Below are positions 29,001 through 44,000 of a stretch of 64,000 nt of DNA, in pieces. The DNA comes from Ruditapes philippinarum (taxonomy: Eukaryota): NCBI RefSeq assembly GCF_026571515.1, contig NW_026861764.1:186001-250000 (forward strand), in the 5' to 3' direction. A program made the translations under genes and the position numbers. The first letter of the stretch is position 1; each line of letters opens with the position of its first letter. Below the pieces are notes generated by a model that saw nothing but the letters and a program-made list of their open reading frames with translations, made no database searches and was not told the DNA's origin.

Positions 29001-32000
29001 TCATAATAATAAATTTAAAAGTAATTAATAAATGTAATCATTATTCAGACTGTGGTTCTCCATTGAATGTGACCAATGGTAATTTGCAATATATCGCAAC
29101 AACGTTTGGATCAACTGCTTCTCTTGTCTGTGATAGAGGATATAATGGAAACAGGACAATAAGCTGCCTTGAAACAGGCAGTTGGGAAACACCACCTAGA
29201 TGTTCTATTAAAGGTCACTTTTAATTTGTATCAATTTCCATCCCTGCATTTTTAGAAATTTTGTCAATACATTTGATATGTATATCTTTAACTACAATGT
29301 AAACCCGGACGTTAATGAATTATAAATATGTTACGTACACTACTGTATAGGTGAATTTAGAAATAGATCTGTCAACGATTGACCTTATAGGTATTACACA
29401 TATAATCTGCTTTTTGTGTATCACTTATGCTTTGTTTTTATTTTTAATTCTCTTATTTCATTATTGAATAATTTAATTTATCAATCCAAAAATTACCGCT
29501 AGGACAATGTTAAAGAATCAAAATCTGGAAAGAAAAATACAACTTCGTTGTGAGATACTTTTACCAATGAAACACTGAATCTGGTTCATGACATTTAAGA
29601 ATTAAGGTCACAGTGATCTGATAAAGATATATGTTTCCTCCTACTTCCTTACAATTATGATAAATATTAATCAATAGACCCTGAGTTTCACACTCAAATA
29701 TCAAATCATGGTGGTTGTATTTTAGCTGACCAGAACACATTCAGCTAGCGTTTGTAGCTCATCAAAAAACAACAATCCTCATGTGATGTTTTGTGATTAT
29801 ATACAGTTTGTCGTCCTATGTCAGTACCTCTGTGTTTAAATTTTGTTTTTTATGCGGTCATGGTTATAATAGGAGACTATTGATTGTATTTGTTTAATTC
29901 ATTTGGTTAAAAATGATTTCTCTAAAATGGCTTTATGTGATTAAAAATAATTCGGGTATATGCTTTGTTGATATTGGCATTTGGGAAACTGTGCCGTCAA
30001 AAGTATATTTAAATGTGTGCATTATTCGTCTTTTTAAACCTTTGAGAGCTCGTTTGTATGCATTAAGACTTGTATATATAAATTGGAAATCAAAAGAGTA
30101 TAAAGCTATATCTGAAGGTACTTTTCCTTAACATAAAACGGTATCATTATGCCGTTTTCATATAAATGTTGAACGGAAATAGAATGAAATAGTCTAGAAA
30201 CAACATATTTAGACAACATATTTAGATGCTTTTTGTTGTAAATTGGACGATTATTTTATGAATGCCTCACTCGCTGTCAATAAAATATACGGAGGAATCT
30301 TTCATTCTAGTTATTCTAGTTAATCGTTATTATGAATATGAATATGAACCATTTTCCCGCTTATGTTTAACGTTATGATATTAAATTTAAATGTAACTAA
30401 TGAATGTAATCATTCTTCAGATTGTGGGTCTCCATTGAAGGTAACCAATGGTAATTTGCAATATATCGCAACAACGTTTGGATCAACTGCTTCACTTGCC
30501 TGTGATAAAGGATATGATGGAAACGGGACAATAAGCTGCCTTGACACAGGCAGTTGGGAAACACCACCAAGTTGTTCTATTAAAGGTCAATTTTAATTTG
30601 TATCAATTTCCATCCTTGTCAAATATGAAGATTTTTTGTCAAAACATTTGATATGTATACGTTTAACCAGAATGTTAGCCCGGAGATTAATGAATTATGA
30701 ATATATTATGTGTATAGGTGAGTTTTAAAAAAAGATTTGTCACTGTTTTTTATAGGTATTCTACAAATTATCTGCTATATGTGTATCACGTTTGTTTCGT
30801 TTTCATTTATCAATTGTCTTATTTTATTATCGAAAAATTATATATATCTATTAAAATATGTACCGCTAGGACAATGTTAAAGAATTAAATCTGGAAGAAG
30901 TAAATACAAGTGCGATGTAGAATAATGTTACTCATAAAACACTGAATCTGGTTCATGACGCTTAAAAATTTAAGGTAACATTGATCTGATAAAGATATAT
31001 GTTAACTCAATTATAGCAAATATTAATCAATTGAATATGAATTTCTCACTCAAATATCAATAAAATGGTGGTTGTATTTTAGCTGCCCAGAGCACATTCT
31101 GCTCACATTCGCAGCTCAATAAAGAACAGCAATCCTCATATGATTTCTTGTGATTATATACAGTTTGCCTTCCTAATACAGCATGTCTGCGTTTAAAGTT
31201 TGGTTTTTATGTGGTCAAAGTTATAATAGGAAACAGGTGATTGTCATTGTTTCCTTCATTTGGTTAAAAATGATGTTTCTAATATGGCTTTAAGTGGTTG
31301 AACATAACTCAGGTATATGCTTTGTTGATATTGGCATTTGGGAAACAGAACTATTTGCCGTCCAAATATATTGAAATGTATACATTATTCGTCTTTTTTA
31401 ATCCTTTGAGAGCTCTTTTGTATGCATTGTGACTTGTATATATTAAACAAAAATAAAAGAGTATAAGGCTATAGCTGAAGGTACTTTTCCTTAACATAAA
31501 ACGGTAAAATTATGTCGTTTTCATACGGTTATTGTACGGAAATAGAATGAAATATTCTAGAAACAACATACTTAGACAACATTTTTGGATGCTTTTATTT
31601 GTAAGTTGGAAAATAATTTTATGAAAGCCTCACTCGCTGTCAATAAAATATACTGAGGAATCTTTCATTCTAGTTATTCTACAAAATTGTTATAATGAAT
31701 ATGAATATGAACCTTTTTTCCGCTTATATTTAACGTTATGATATTAAATTTAAAAGTAATTAATGAATGTAATAATTCTTCAGACTGTGGGTCTCCATTG
31801 AATGTTACCAACGGTAAATTGCAATATATTGCAACAACTTTTGGATCAACCGCTTCCCTTGCCTGTGATAAAGGATATGATGGAAACGGGACAATAAGCT
31901 GCCTTGACACAGGCAGTTGGGAAACACCACCAAGGTGTTCTATTAAAGGTCAATTTTAATTTCTATCAATTTCTATTTTTCTTAAATACTAAGAACTTTT

Positions 32001-35000
32001 GTCAATTCATTTGATATGTAATTATATGTTTAACTACAATGTAAACCCGGACGTTCATGAATTATGAATATATTATGTGCATTACTGTATTTACGAGTTT
32101 AAAAATAGATCCGTCACCGTTTTACTTTATAGATATAGTACACATTAAATGCTTTTTGTGCATTACTTTTGTTTTGTTTTTATTTTCAATTGACTTATTT
32201 TTTATTACCGAAAATTTCTATCCATTTATTCAAAAATATACCGCTAGGACAACGTTAAAGAATTAAATTAGGGAACAGGAAAATACAACTTCGTTGTAGC
32301 ATAATGTTACCAATGAAACAGTGAATCTGGTTCTTGACTTATAAAAATTAAGGTCACAGGGATCTGATAAAGATATAATGTCCCCTCCTACGTCTTTACA
32401 ATTATGATAAATATAAATCAATAGACCCCGAGTTTCTCACTCAAATAGCTCAACGAAAAACAACAGTCCTTATATGATTGTTTGTGATTATATATCGTTT
32501 GTCGTCCTATGTCAGTACCTGAGCGTTTAAATGTTTGTTTGTTTGTGTTCATTGTTATAATAGGAAAAAATTAATTATCCTCGTTTATTTCATTTGGTTA
32601 ATATTGATGTTTCTAATATGCCTTTATGTGGTTGAATAAAACACAGGTATATGCTTTGTTGATATTGGCATTTTGGAAACAGGAACATGTGCCGTCAAAA
32701 TTATATTTCAATGTGTACATTATTCGTCTTTTTTAAACCTTTGAATGCTCTTTTGTGTGCATTGTGACTTGTATATATGAAATACAAATGAAAAAGTATA
32801 AAGCAATATCTGAAGGTACTTTTCCTTAAAAAACGGTAACATTATGCCGATTTCATATGAATGTTGTACGGAAATAGAATAAAATAGTCTGGAAATAACA
32901 TATTTAGACAACATATTAACTTAAAGATGCATTTTTGTAAATTGGACGATTATTTTATGAATGCCTCACTCGCTGTCAATAAAATATACTGAGGAATCTT
33001 TTATTCTAGTTATTCTAGTTAAACGTTATTATGAATATAAATATGAACCATTTTCCCGCTTATGTTTAACGTTATGATATTAAATTTAAATGTAACTAAT
33101 GGATGTAATAATTCTTCAGACTGTGGGCCTCCATTGAATGTAACCAATGGTAATTTGCAATATATCGCAACAACGTTTGGATCAACCGCTTCTCTTGTCT
33201 GTGATAAAGGATATGACGGAAACAGGACAATAAGCTGCCTTGAAACAGGCAGTTGGGAAACATCAGCAAGGTGTTCTATTAAAGGTCATTTTTAATTTGT
33301 ATCAATTTCCATCCTTGCTCAATATTTAGAACTTTTGTCAATACATTTTACATGTATATCTTTAACTACAATGTAAACCCGGACGTTAATGAATTATAAA
33401 TATGTTACGTGCACTATTGTATAGGTGAATCTAGAAATAGATCTGTCAACGATTGACCTTATAGGTATTACACATATAATCTACTTTTTGTGTATCACTT
33501 ATGTTTTGTTTTCATTTTTAATTCTCTTATTTCATTATTGGATAATTTTATTTATCAATCCAAAAATGTACCGCTAGGACAATGTTAAAGAATCAAAATC
33601 TGGAAAAGGAAAATACAACTTCGTTGTAGATAAAGGATAATGTTACCAATGAAACACTGAATCTGGTTAATGACATTTAAGAATTAAGGTCACAGTGATC
33701 TGATAAAGATTTATGTTTCCTCCTACTTCCTTACAATTATCATAAATATTAATCAAGAGACCCCGAGTTTCTCACTCAAATATCAAATCATGGTGGTTGT
33801 ATTTTAGCTGACCAGAACACATTCAGCTAACGTTTGTAGCTCATCAAAAAAACAAAAAACAATCCTCATGTGATGTTTTATGATTATATACAGTTTGTCG
33901 TCCTATGTCAGTACCTCTGTGTTTAAATTTTGTTTTTTATGCGGTCATGGTTATAATAGGAGACTATTGATTGTATTTGTTTAATTTATTTGGTTAAAAA
34001 TGATGTCTCTAAAATGGCTTTTTGTGATTAAAAATAACTCGGGTATATGCTTTGTTGATATTGGCATTTGGGAAACTGTGCCGTCAAAAGTATATTTAAA
34101 TGTCTTTTTTAACCTTTGAGAGCCCGTTTGTATGCATTAAGACTTGTATATATAAATTGCAAATAAAAGTCTAAAGCTATATCTGAAGGTACTTTTCCTT
34201 AAAATACGGTAACATTATGCCGTTTTCATATGAATGTTGAACGGAAATAGAATGAAATAGTCTAGAAATAACATATTTAGACAACATATTTAGATGCCTT
34301 TTTTGTAAATTGGACGATTTTTCTATAAATGTCTCACTCGCTGTCAATAAAATACACTGAGGAATCTTTCATTCTAGTAATTGTAGTTAAGCGTTATTAT
34401 GAATATGAATATGAACCATTTTCCCGCTTATGTTTAACGTTATGATATTAAATTTAAATGTAACTAATGAATGTAATCATTCTTCAGATTGTGGGTCTCC
34501 ATTGAAGGTAGCCAATGGTAATTTGCAATATATCGCAACAACGTTTGGATCAACTGCCTCACTTGCCTGTGATAAAGGATATGATGGAAACGGGACAATA
34601 AGCTGCCTTGACACAGGCAGTTGGGAAACACCACCAAGTTGTTCTATTAAAGGTCAATTTTAATTTGTATCAATTTCCATCCTTGTCAAATATGAAGATT
34701 TTTTGTCAAAACATTTGATATGTATACGTTTAACCAGAATGTTAGCCCGGAGATTAATGAATTATGAATATATTATGTGTATTACTGTATAGGTGAGTTT
34801 TTTTAAAAAAAAGATTTGTCACTATTTTTTTTCTTTATAGGTATTGTACACATTATCTGCTATATGTGTATCACGTTTGTTTCGTTTTCATTTATCAATT
34901 GTCTTATTTCATTATCGAAAAATTATATATATATGTATTAAAATATGTACCGCTAGGACAACGTTAAAGAATTAAAATCTGGAAAAGGAAAATACAAGTG

Positions 35001-38000
35001 CGATGTAGAATAATGTTACTAATAAAACACTGAATCTGGTTCATGACGCTTAAAGATGTAAGGTAACATTGATCTGATAAAGATATATCAATTAGAGCAA
35101 ATATTACTCAACTGAATATGAATTTCTCACTCAAATATCAATAAAATGGTGGTTGTATTTTAGCTGCCCAGAGCACATTCTGCTCACATTTGCAGCTCAA
35201 TAAAGAACAGCAATCCTCATATGATTTCTTGTGATTATGTACAGTTTGCCTTCCTATTACAGCATGTCTGCGTTTAAAGTTTGGTTTTTATGTTGTCAAA
35301 GTTATAATAGGAAACAGGTGATTGTCATTGTTTCCTTCATTTGGTTAAAAATGATGTTTCTAATATGGCTTTATGTGGTTGAACATAACTCAGGTATATG
35401 CTTTGTTGATATTGGCATTTGGGAAACAGAAACATTTGCCGTCCAAATATATTGAAATGTATACATTATTCGCATTTTATAATCCTTTGAGAGCTCTTTT
35501 TTATGCATTGTGACTTCTATATATTAAATACAAATAAAAGAGTATAAAGCTATAGCTGAAGGTACTTTTCCTTAACATAAAACGGTAAAATTATGTCGTT
35601 TTCATACGGTTATTGAACGGAAATAGAATAAAATATTCTAGAAACAACATATTTAGACAACATATTTGGATGCTTTTATTTGTAAATTGGAAAATAATTT
35701 TATGAATGCCTCACTCGCTGTCAATAAAATATACTGGGGAATCTTTCATTCTAGTTATTCTACGAACTTATTATCATGAATATGAATCTGAACCATTTTT
35801 CCGCTTATATTTAACTTTATGATATTAAATTTAAAAGTAACTAATGGATGTAATAATTCTTCAGACTGTGGGTCTCCATTGAATGTTACCAACGGTAAAT
35901 TGCAATATATTGCAACAACTTTTGGATCAACCGCTTCCCTTGCCTGTGATAAAGGATATGATGGAAACGGGACAATAAGCTGCCTTGACACAGGCAGTTG
36001 GGAAACACCACCAAGGTGTTCTATTAAAGGTCAATTTTTATTTCTATCAATTTCCATTTTCCTAAATACTAAAAACTTTTGTCAATACATTTAATATGTA
36101 TATGTTTAACTTCAATGTAAACCCGGACGTTCATGAATTATGAATATATTATGTGCATTACTGTATAGGTGAGTTTAAAAATAGATCCGTCACCGTTTTA
36201 CTTTATAGGTATAGTACACATTAACTGCTTTTTGTGTATTACTTTTTGTTTTGTTTTCATTTTAAATTGACTTATTTTATTACCGAAAATTTCTATTTAT
36301 TTATTCAAAAATGTACCGCTAGGACAACGTTAAAGAATTAAATTAGGGAACAGGAAAAAACAACTTCGTTGTAGCATAATGTTACCAATGAAACACTGAA
36401 TCTGGTTCTTGACTTATAAAAATTAAGGTCACAGTGATCTGATAAAGATATAATGTCCCCTCCTACGTCTTTACAATTATGATAAATATTAATCAATAGA
36501 CCCCGAGTTTCTCACTCAAATAGCTCAACGAAAAACAACAGTCCTTATATGATTATTTGTGATTATATATCGTTTGTCGGCCTATGTCAGTACCTGAGCG
36601 TTTAAATGTTGGTTTGTATGTGTCCATTGTTATAATAAGAAACAATTAATTATCCTTGTTTATTTCATTTGGTTAAAATTGATGTTTCTAGTATGCCCTT
36701 TTAAACCTTTGAATGCTCTTTTGTGTGCATTGTGACTTGTATATATGAAATACAAATGAAAAAGTATAAGCAATATCTGATGGTACTTTTCCTTAAAAAA
36801 CGGTAACATTATGGCGATTTCATATGAATGTTGTACGGAAATAGAATAAAAAAAGAAAGAAATAACATATTTAGACAACATATTAAGATGCTTTTGTTGT
36901 AAATTGGACGATTATTTTGTGAATGCCTCACTCGCTGTCAATCAAATTTACTGAGGAATCTTTCATTCTAGTTATTCTAGTTAATCGTTATTATGAATAT
37001 AAATATGAACCATTTTCCCGCTTATGTTTAACGTTATGATATTAAATTGAAATGTAACTAATGGATGTAATAATTCTTCAGACTGTGGGCCTCCATTGAA
37101 TGTAACCAATGGTAATTTGCAATATATCGCAACAACGTTTGGATCAACCGCTTCTCTTGTCTGTGATAAAGGATATGACGGAAACAGGACAATAAGCTGC
37201 CTTGAAACAGGCAGTTGGGAAACACCAGCAAGGTGTTCTATTAAAGGTCATTTTTAATTTGTATCAATTTCCATCCTTGCTCAATATTTAGAACTTTTGT
37301 CAATACATTTTACATGTATATCTTTAACTACAATGTAAACCCGGACGTTAATGAATTATAAATATGTTACGTGCACTATTGTATAGGTGAATCTAGAAAT
37401 AGATCTGTCAACGATTGACCTTATAGGTATTACACATATAATCTACTTTTTGTGTATCACTTATGTTTTGTTTTCATTTTTAATTCTCTTATTTCATTAT
37501 TGAATAATTTTATTTATCAATCCAAAAATGTACCGCTAGGACAATGTTAAAGAATCAAAATCTTGAAAAGGAAAATACAACTTCGTTGTAGATAAAGGAT
37601 AATGTTACCAATGAAACACTGAATCTGGTTAATGACATTTAAGAATTAAGGTCACAGTGATCTGATAAAGATTTATGTTTCCTCCTACTTCCTTACAATT
37701 ATCATAAATATTAATCAAAAGACCCCGAGTTTCTCACTCAAATATCAAATGATGGTGGTTGTATTTTAGCTGACCAGAACACATTCAGCTAACGTTTGTA
37801 GCTCATCAAAAAACCAAAAAACAATCCTCATGTGATGTTTTATGATTATATACAGTTTGTCGTCCTATGTCAGTACCTCTGTGTTTAAATTTTGTTATTT
37901 ATGCGGTCATGGTTATAATAGGAGACTATTGATTGTATTTGTTTAATTTATTTGGTTAAAAATGATGTCTCTAAAATGGCTTTTTGTGTATGCATTAAGA

Positions 38001-41000
38001 CTTGTATATATAAATTGCAAATAAAAGTCTAAAGCTATATCTGAAGGTACTTTTCCTTAAAAAAAAACGGTAACATTATGCCGTTTTCATATGAATGTTG
38101 AACGGAAATAGAATGAAATAGTCTAGAAATAACATATTTAGACAACATATTTAGATGCCTTTTTTTGTAAATTGGACGATTTTTCTATGAATGCCTCACT
38201 CGCTGTCAATAAAATACACTGAGGAATCTTTCATTCTAGTAATTGTAGTTAAGCGTTATTATGAATATGAATATGAACCATTTTCCCGCTTATGTTTAAC
38301 GTTATGATATTAAATTTAAATGTAACTAATGAATGTAATCATTCTTCAGATTGTGGGTCTCCATTGAAGGTAACCAATGGTAATTTGCAATATATCGCAA
38401 CAACGTTTGGATCAACTGCCTCACTTGCCTGTGATAAAGGATATGATGGAAACGGGACAATAAGCTGCCTTGACACAGGCAGTTGGGAAACACCACCAAG
38501 TTGTTCTATTAAAGGTCAATTTTAATTTGTATCAATTTCCATCCTTGTCAAATATGAAGATTTTTTGTCAAAACATTTGATATGTATACGTTTAACCAGA
38601 ATGTTAGCCCGGAGATTAATGAATTATGAATATATTATGTGTATAGGTGAGTTTTAAAAAAGATTTGTCACTGTTTTTTTTATAGGTATTGTACACATTA
38701 TCTGCTATATGTGTATCACGTTTGTTTCGTTTTCATTTATCAATTGTCTTATTTCATTATCGAAAAATTATATATATGTATTAAAATATGTACCGCTAGG
38801 ACAACGTTAAAGAATTAAAATCTGGAAAAGGAAAATACAAGTCCGATGTAGAATAATGTTACTAATAAAACACTGAATCTGGTTCATGACGCTTAAAAAT
38901 TTAAGGTAACATTGATCTGATAAAGATATATCAATTAGAGCAAATATTACTCAACTGAATATGAATTTCTCACTCAAATATCAATAAAATGGTGGTTGTA
39001 TTTTAGCTGCCCAGAGCACATTCTGCTCACATTTGCAGCTCAATAAAGAACTCCTCATATGATTTCTTGTGATTATGTACAGTTTGCCTTCCTATTACAG
39101 CATGTCTGCGTTTAAAGTTTGGTTTTTATGTTGTCAAAGTTATAATAGGAAACAGGTGATTGTCATTGTTTCCTTCATTTGGTTAAAAATGATGCTTCTA
39201 ATATGGCTTTATGTGGTTGAACATAACTCAGGTACATGCTTTGTTGATATTGGCATTTGGGAAACAGAAACATTTGCCGTCCAAATATATTGAAATGTAT
39301 ACATTATTCGCTTTTTTATAATCCTTTGAGAGCTCTTTTTTATGCATTGTGACTTCTATATATTAAATACAAATAAAAGAGTATCAAGCTATAGCTGAAG
39401 GTACTTTTCCTTAACATAAAACGGTAAAATTATGTCGTTTTCATACGGTTATTGTACGGAAATAGAATAAAATATTCTAGAAACAACATATTTAGACAAC
39501 ATATTTGGATGCTTTTATTTGTAAATTGGAAAATAATTTTATGAATGCCTCACTCGCTGTCAATAAAATATACTGGGGAATCTTTCATTCTAGTTATTCT
39601 ACGAAATTATTATCATGAATATGAATATGAACCATTTTTCCGCTTTTATTTAACCTTTATGTTATTAAATTTAAAAGTAACTAATGAATGTAATCATTCT
39701 TCAGACTGTGGGTCTCCATTGAATGTTACCAACGGTAAATTGCAATATATTGCAACAACTTTTGGATCAACCGCTTCCCTTGCCTGTGATAAAGGATATG
39801 ATGGAAACGGGACAATAATCTGCCTTGACACAGGCAGTTGGGAAACACCACCAAGGTGTTCTATTAAAGGTCAATTTTAATTTCTATCAATTTCCATTTT
39901 TCTTAAATACTAAAAACTTTTGTCAATACATTTGATACGTATATGTTTAACTTCAATGTAAACCCGGACGTTCATGAATTATGAATATATTATGTGCATT
40001 ACTGTATAGGTGAGTTTAAAAATAGATCCGTCACCGTTTTATTTTATAGGTATAGTACACATTAACTTTTTTGTGTATTACTTTTGTTTTGTTTTCATTT
40101 TAAATTGACTTATTTTATTACCGAAAATTTCTATTTATTTATTCAAAAATGTACCGCTAGGACAACGTTAAAGAATTTAGTTAGGGAACAGGAAAATACA
40201 ACTTCGTTGTAGCATAATGTTACCAATGAAACACTGAATCTGGTTCTTGATTTTTAAAAATTAAGGTCACAGTGATCTGATAAAGATATAATGTCCCCTC
40301 CTACTTCTTTACAATTATGATAAATATTAATCAATAGACCCCGAGTTTCTCACTCAAATAGCTCAACGAAAAACAACAGTCCTTATATGATTGTTTGTGA
40401 TTATATATCGTTTGTCGGCCTATGTCAGTACCTGAGCGTTTAAATGTTGGTTTGTATGTGTTCGTTGTTATAATAAGAAACAATTAATTATCCTTGTTTA
40501 TTTCATTTGGTTAAAATTGATGTTTCTAATATGCCTTTTTAAACCTTTGAATGCTCTTTTGTGTGCATTGTGACTTGTTTATATGAAATACAAATGAAAA
40601 AGTATAAGCAATATCTGATGGTACTTTTCCTTAAAAAACGGTAACATTATGGCGATTTCATATGAATGTTGTACGGAAATAGAATAAAAAAAGAAAGAAA
40701 TAACATATTTAGACAACATATTAAGATGCTTTTTTTGTAAATTGGACGATTATTTTATGAATGCCTCACTCGCTGTCAATCAAATTTACTGAGGAATCTT
40801 TCATTCTATTAATTCTAGTTAATCGTTATTATGAATATAAATATGAACCATTTTTTCCGCTTATGTTTAACGTTATGATATTAGATTTAAATGTAACTAA
40901 TGGATGTAATCATTCTTCAGACTGTGGGTCTCCATTGAATGTAACCAATGGTAATTTGCAATATATCGCAACAACGTTTGGATCAACCGCTTCTCTTGTC

Positions 41001-44000
41001 TGTGATAAAGGATATGACGGAAACAGGACAATAAGCTGCCTTGACACAGGCAGTTGGGAAACACAAGCAATGTGTTCTATTATAGGTCAATTTTAATTTC
41101 TATCAATTTCCATTTTTTCTAAAATACGAAGAACTTTTGTCAATACATTTCATATGTATACCTAGAACTTAAATGTAAGCTCGGACGGTAATGAATTATA
41201 AATATAATATGTTAATAACTGTATAGGTGAGTTTATAAATAGATATCCGTCACCGTTTTACCTTTAAGGTATTCTTCACATTATCTGCTTTTTGTGTATC
41301 ACTTTTTTTTCATCAATTGTATTATGTTATGATTGAAACCTTATATTTATCTATTCAAAAATGTTCCGCTAGGACAACGTTTAAGAATTAAATTAGGGAA
41401 CAGGAAAACACAACTGCGTTGTAAGATAATGCTACCAATAAAACACCGAATCTGGTTCATGACTTATAAAGATTTAAGGTCACAGTGATCTGATAGATAT
41501 ATGTTCCCTCCCAAATCCTAACAAAATATTAATCAATAGACCTCAGAGTTTCTCACTCAAATATTTATCAAAAACATGGTTGTTGTATTTAAGCAGACCA
41601 GAGTTCATTCCGTTAACGTTTGTAGCTCGACACAAAACAACAATCCTCATGTTTTTCTCGCTTGTGATTATATTCCTATTTCAGTATGTCTGGGTTTAAA
41701 TTTTGGTTTTATGTGGTCATGGTAATAATAGGAAACGATTTATTGTCCTTGTTTCCTTCATTTGGATAAAAATGATGTTTCTAATATGGCTTTATGTGGT
41801 TGCAAATAACCCAGGTTTATGCTTTGTTGATATTGGCATTTGGGATACTGGAACATGGGCCGTCAAATCTTTATTGAAATTTGTACATTATTCGTCTTTT
41901 TTATACCCTTGATAGCTCTTTTGTAATAATTGTGACTTGTATATATGAAATGCATATAAAAGATTATCAAGCTATATCTGAAGGTACTTTTGTTTAAAAA
42001 ACGGTAAAATTATTCCGTTTTCATATGAATATTGCACGGAAAAAGAATGAAAAACATTCTTGAAACATTATATTTAGACAACATATGTAGATGCTACGTT
42101 TTGTAAACTGGACGATTATTTTATAACTTCCCCACTCGCTGTCAATAATATATACTAAGGAATCTTTCATTCTTGTTAATCTTGATAAAATCGGCAAGGC
42201 TTCAAAAGACGGTAAGATTTTGAAATACAAACCAATTAAAACTAAAGCCCCAGTCACACTAGAGCTTACGACCAGTGAAGACCAGTTCACGATCACCAGT
42301 GACCTCTGGTCGCGGACAATCTTTAAAACGTCTTACGACGGTCATCGGTGATCTTTGACAGTCGCAGGTTATCTTATTTAGGTCCCACGACCAATTTCAG
42401 TCGTAAAGAGGTTTTTGAGCTTGCACAAAAACCTCCTTGCGATCAAACAGGTCGCTAGTGATCTTATAAGGTCTTAAGACTGTCGCACGATGGTCGTTCG
42501 GAAGTGCGACAATCTTACGACAGTCTTTACAAATTGCCACTAGTCACTGATAATCCTAAGTAGTCTTTAGTAATCGTGTGATGGTCGTACGACAAGTTGT
42601 AGGTGATCGCATGTTATGACACGGGTAGTCGTAAGTAATCCCAGGCAATCTTGAGACCATCGTACGTTTACTTATGACCTGTCGTACGATTGTCAATGAT
42701 GACTTGTCTTACGATACTCGCAAACGTAAATTTATCTGTGCATAAATGGTTTTGGTCGCAGACAATCGCTGATGATCGTCAGTTTTACAAGTCGCCGGTG
42801 GTCGCAAGTAATCGTAAGCTCTAGTGTGACTGGGGTTTAAGATGTACAAGCAAATCTTAATTTGTGAAATATTATAAAAAGATCAACAAAGAAAGGCGGC
42901 GTTCATTGAAAGCAACCCTAACCCGACCCAGTTACAAGAGCCAGTGACAAGGAGCCCAGAAGGACCCCAAACAAAAAGGCTACTTTTTCTTAAATTCGTA
43001 GATCTTAATACTAGATGTAAGGGATAGGACATGTTCTATTTTGAAAATCTTGTTGCACAGACCTGCTGCAATGGCAAGTTACAGATTGCCAAATTATCTC
43101 CTGATAACGGGTGTAATGAATGAAATTCCAGAACAATTAGGGCTAAAGGTAAACATAGCAGTAAGATGGTGTTAAAAAAATGTTGAAAAAATCTTCATGA
43201 GACCCAAAGTTGTGGTATGTTGGAATCCCAGATTATTCCGAAAATGATTATGTCACGGTATTGAACTGTTCTCTAATCATGGGAGGTAGTTTGTAGGCGG
43301 CTGGATAGCTCTGTCAGTAAAGTCGTAGTCCAAGGTCCCGAGGGTCCCAGGTTAAAGTCTCGGTCAAACTGCACATTAAAACAAATTGACATTAAAATTT
43401 TAAAAAATGAAGGTGTTTCAATCATAACACATGGAGAAAAAATATTTAGTGAGTAAAGTATGTAAGAGATCAATTGGGAGGAACATTTCTTAGGGAAACC
43501 ACAGATGATTCCTACAATGCAGAATGATCGTCTGAATGTGAGTGTTGTATTGCTTTGAAAATTGTAAATCTTATCTCTAAGTAGTGTTGAACAACTAAAT
43601 CCCACTGTTTGTTAAGGCATTTACAATGAAGATGAATATAAACCATTGTCCTCTTATTAGCTCTCCTTCAGGGTGAGCTATTAGTATTAAAGGGTGATAC
43701 ACCGGCGTCCGTCGTCATGCATCAACAATTGCTTTCTTCTCTGAAACTGCTGGGTAGATTAACCTCAAATTTGTCTGTAGCATCCTTGTGTTAGTCACAC
43801 TTAAATTTTCACATGTAATTTCAATTGGCCCCTTTTAGGGGTCAAGAAAGCTAAAAAAGAAAACTTTTTATCATCTTCTACAAAAGAACCAACTAATGGA
43901 GGATCACCAATTTTTGTCTGTAGCATTCTTGGTTAGGCTTTATCAAGTTTGCTCATATTAATTGATTGGCCCCTTGTAGGGGCCACTAAAGCTAAATATA

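Larger units (their letters stand above)
28890..42180 (+). repeat. Tandem exon+intron array (unit 1216-1377 bp) carrying CCP6-15, with about 3.8-4.1 kb trimer higher-order repeat
   Basis: Exon start spacings 1372,1363,1336,1368,1377,1217,1268,1355,1216; introns alignable along their length. Confidence 0.95.

Noticed and set aside
28991-41096. ORF-track proteins starting MFNVMILNL... or MPHSLSIKY... as a cluster of small single-sushi genes
   Set aside because: The N-terminal parts are intron sequence upstream of ttcag acceptors; the CCP cores are bounded by phase-1 splice sites and belong to one gene
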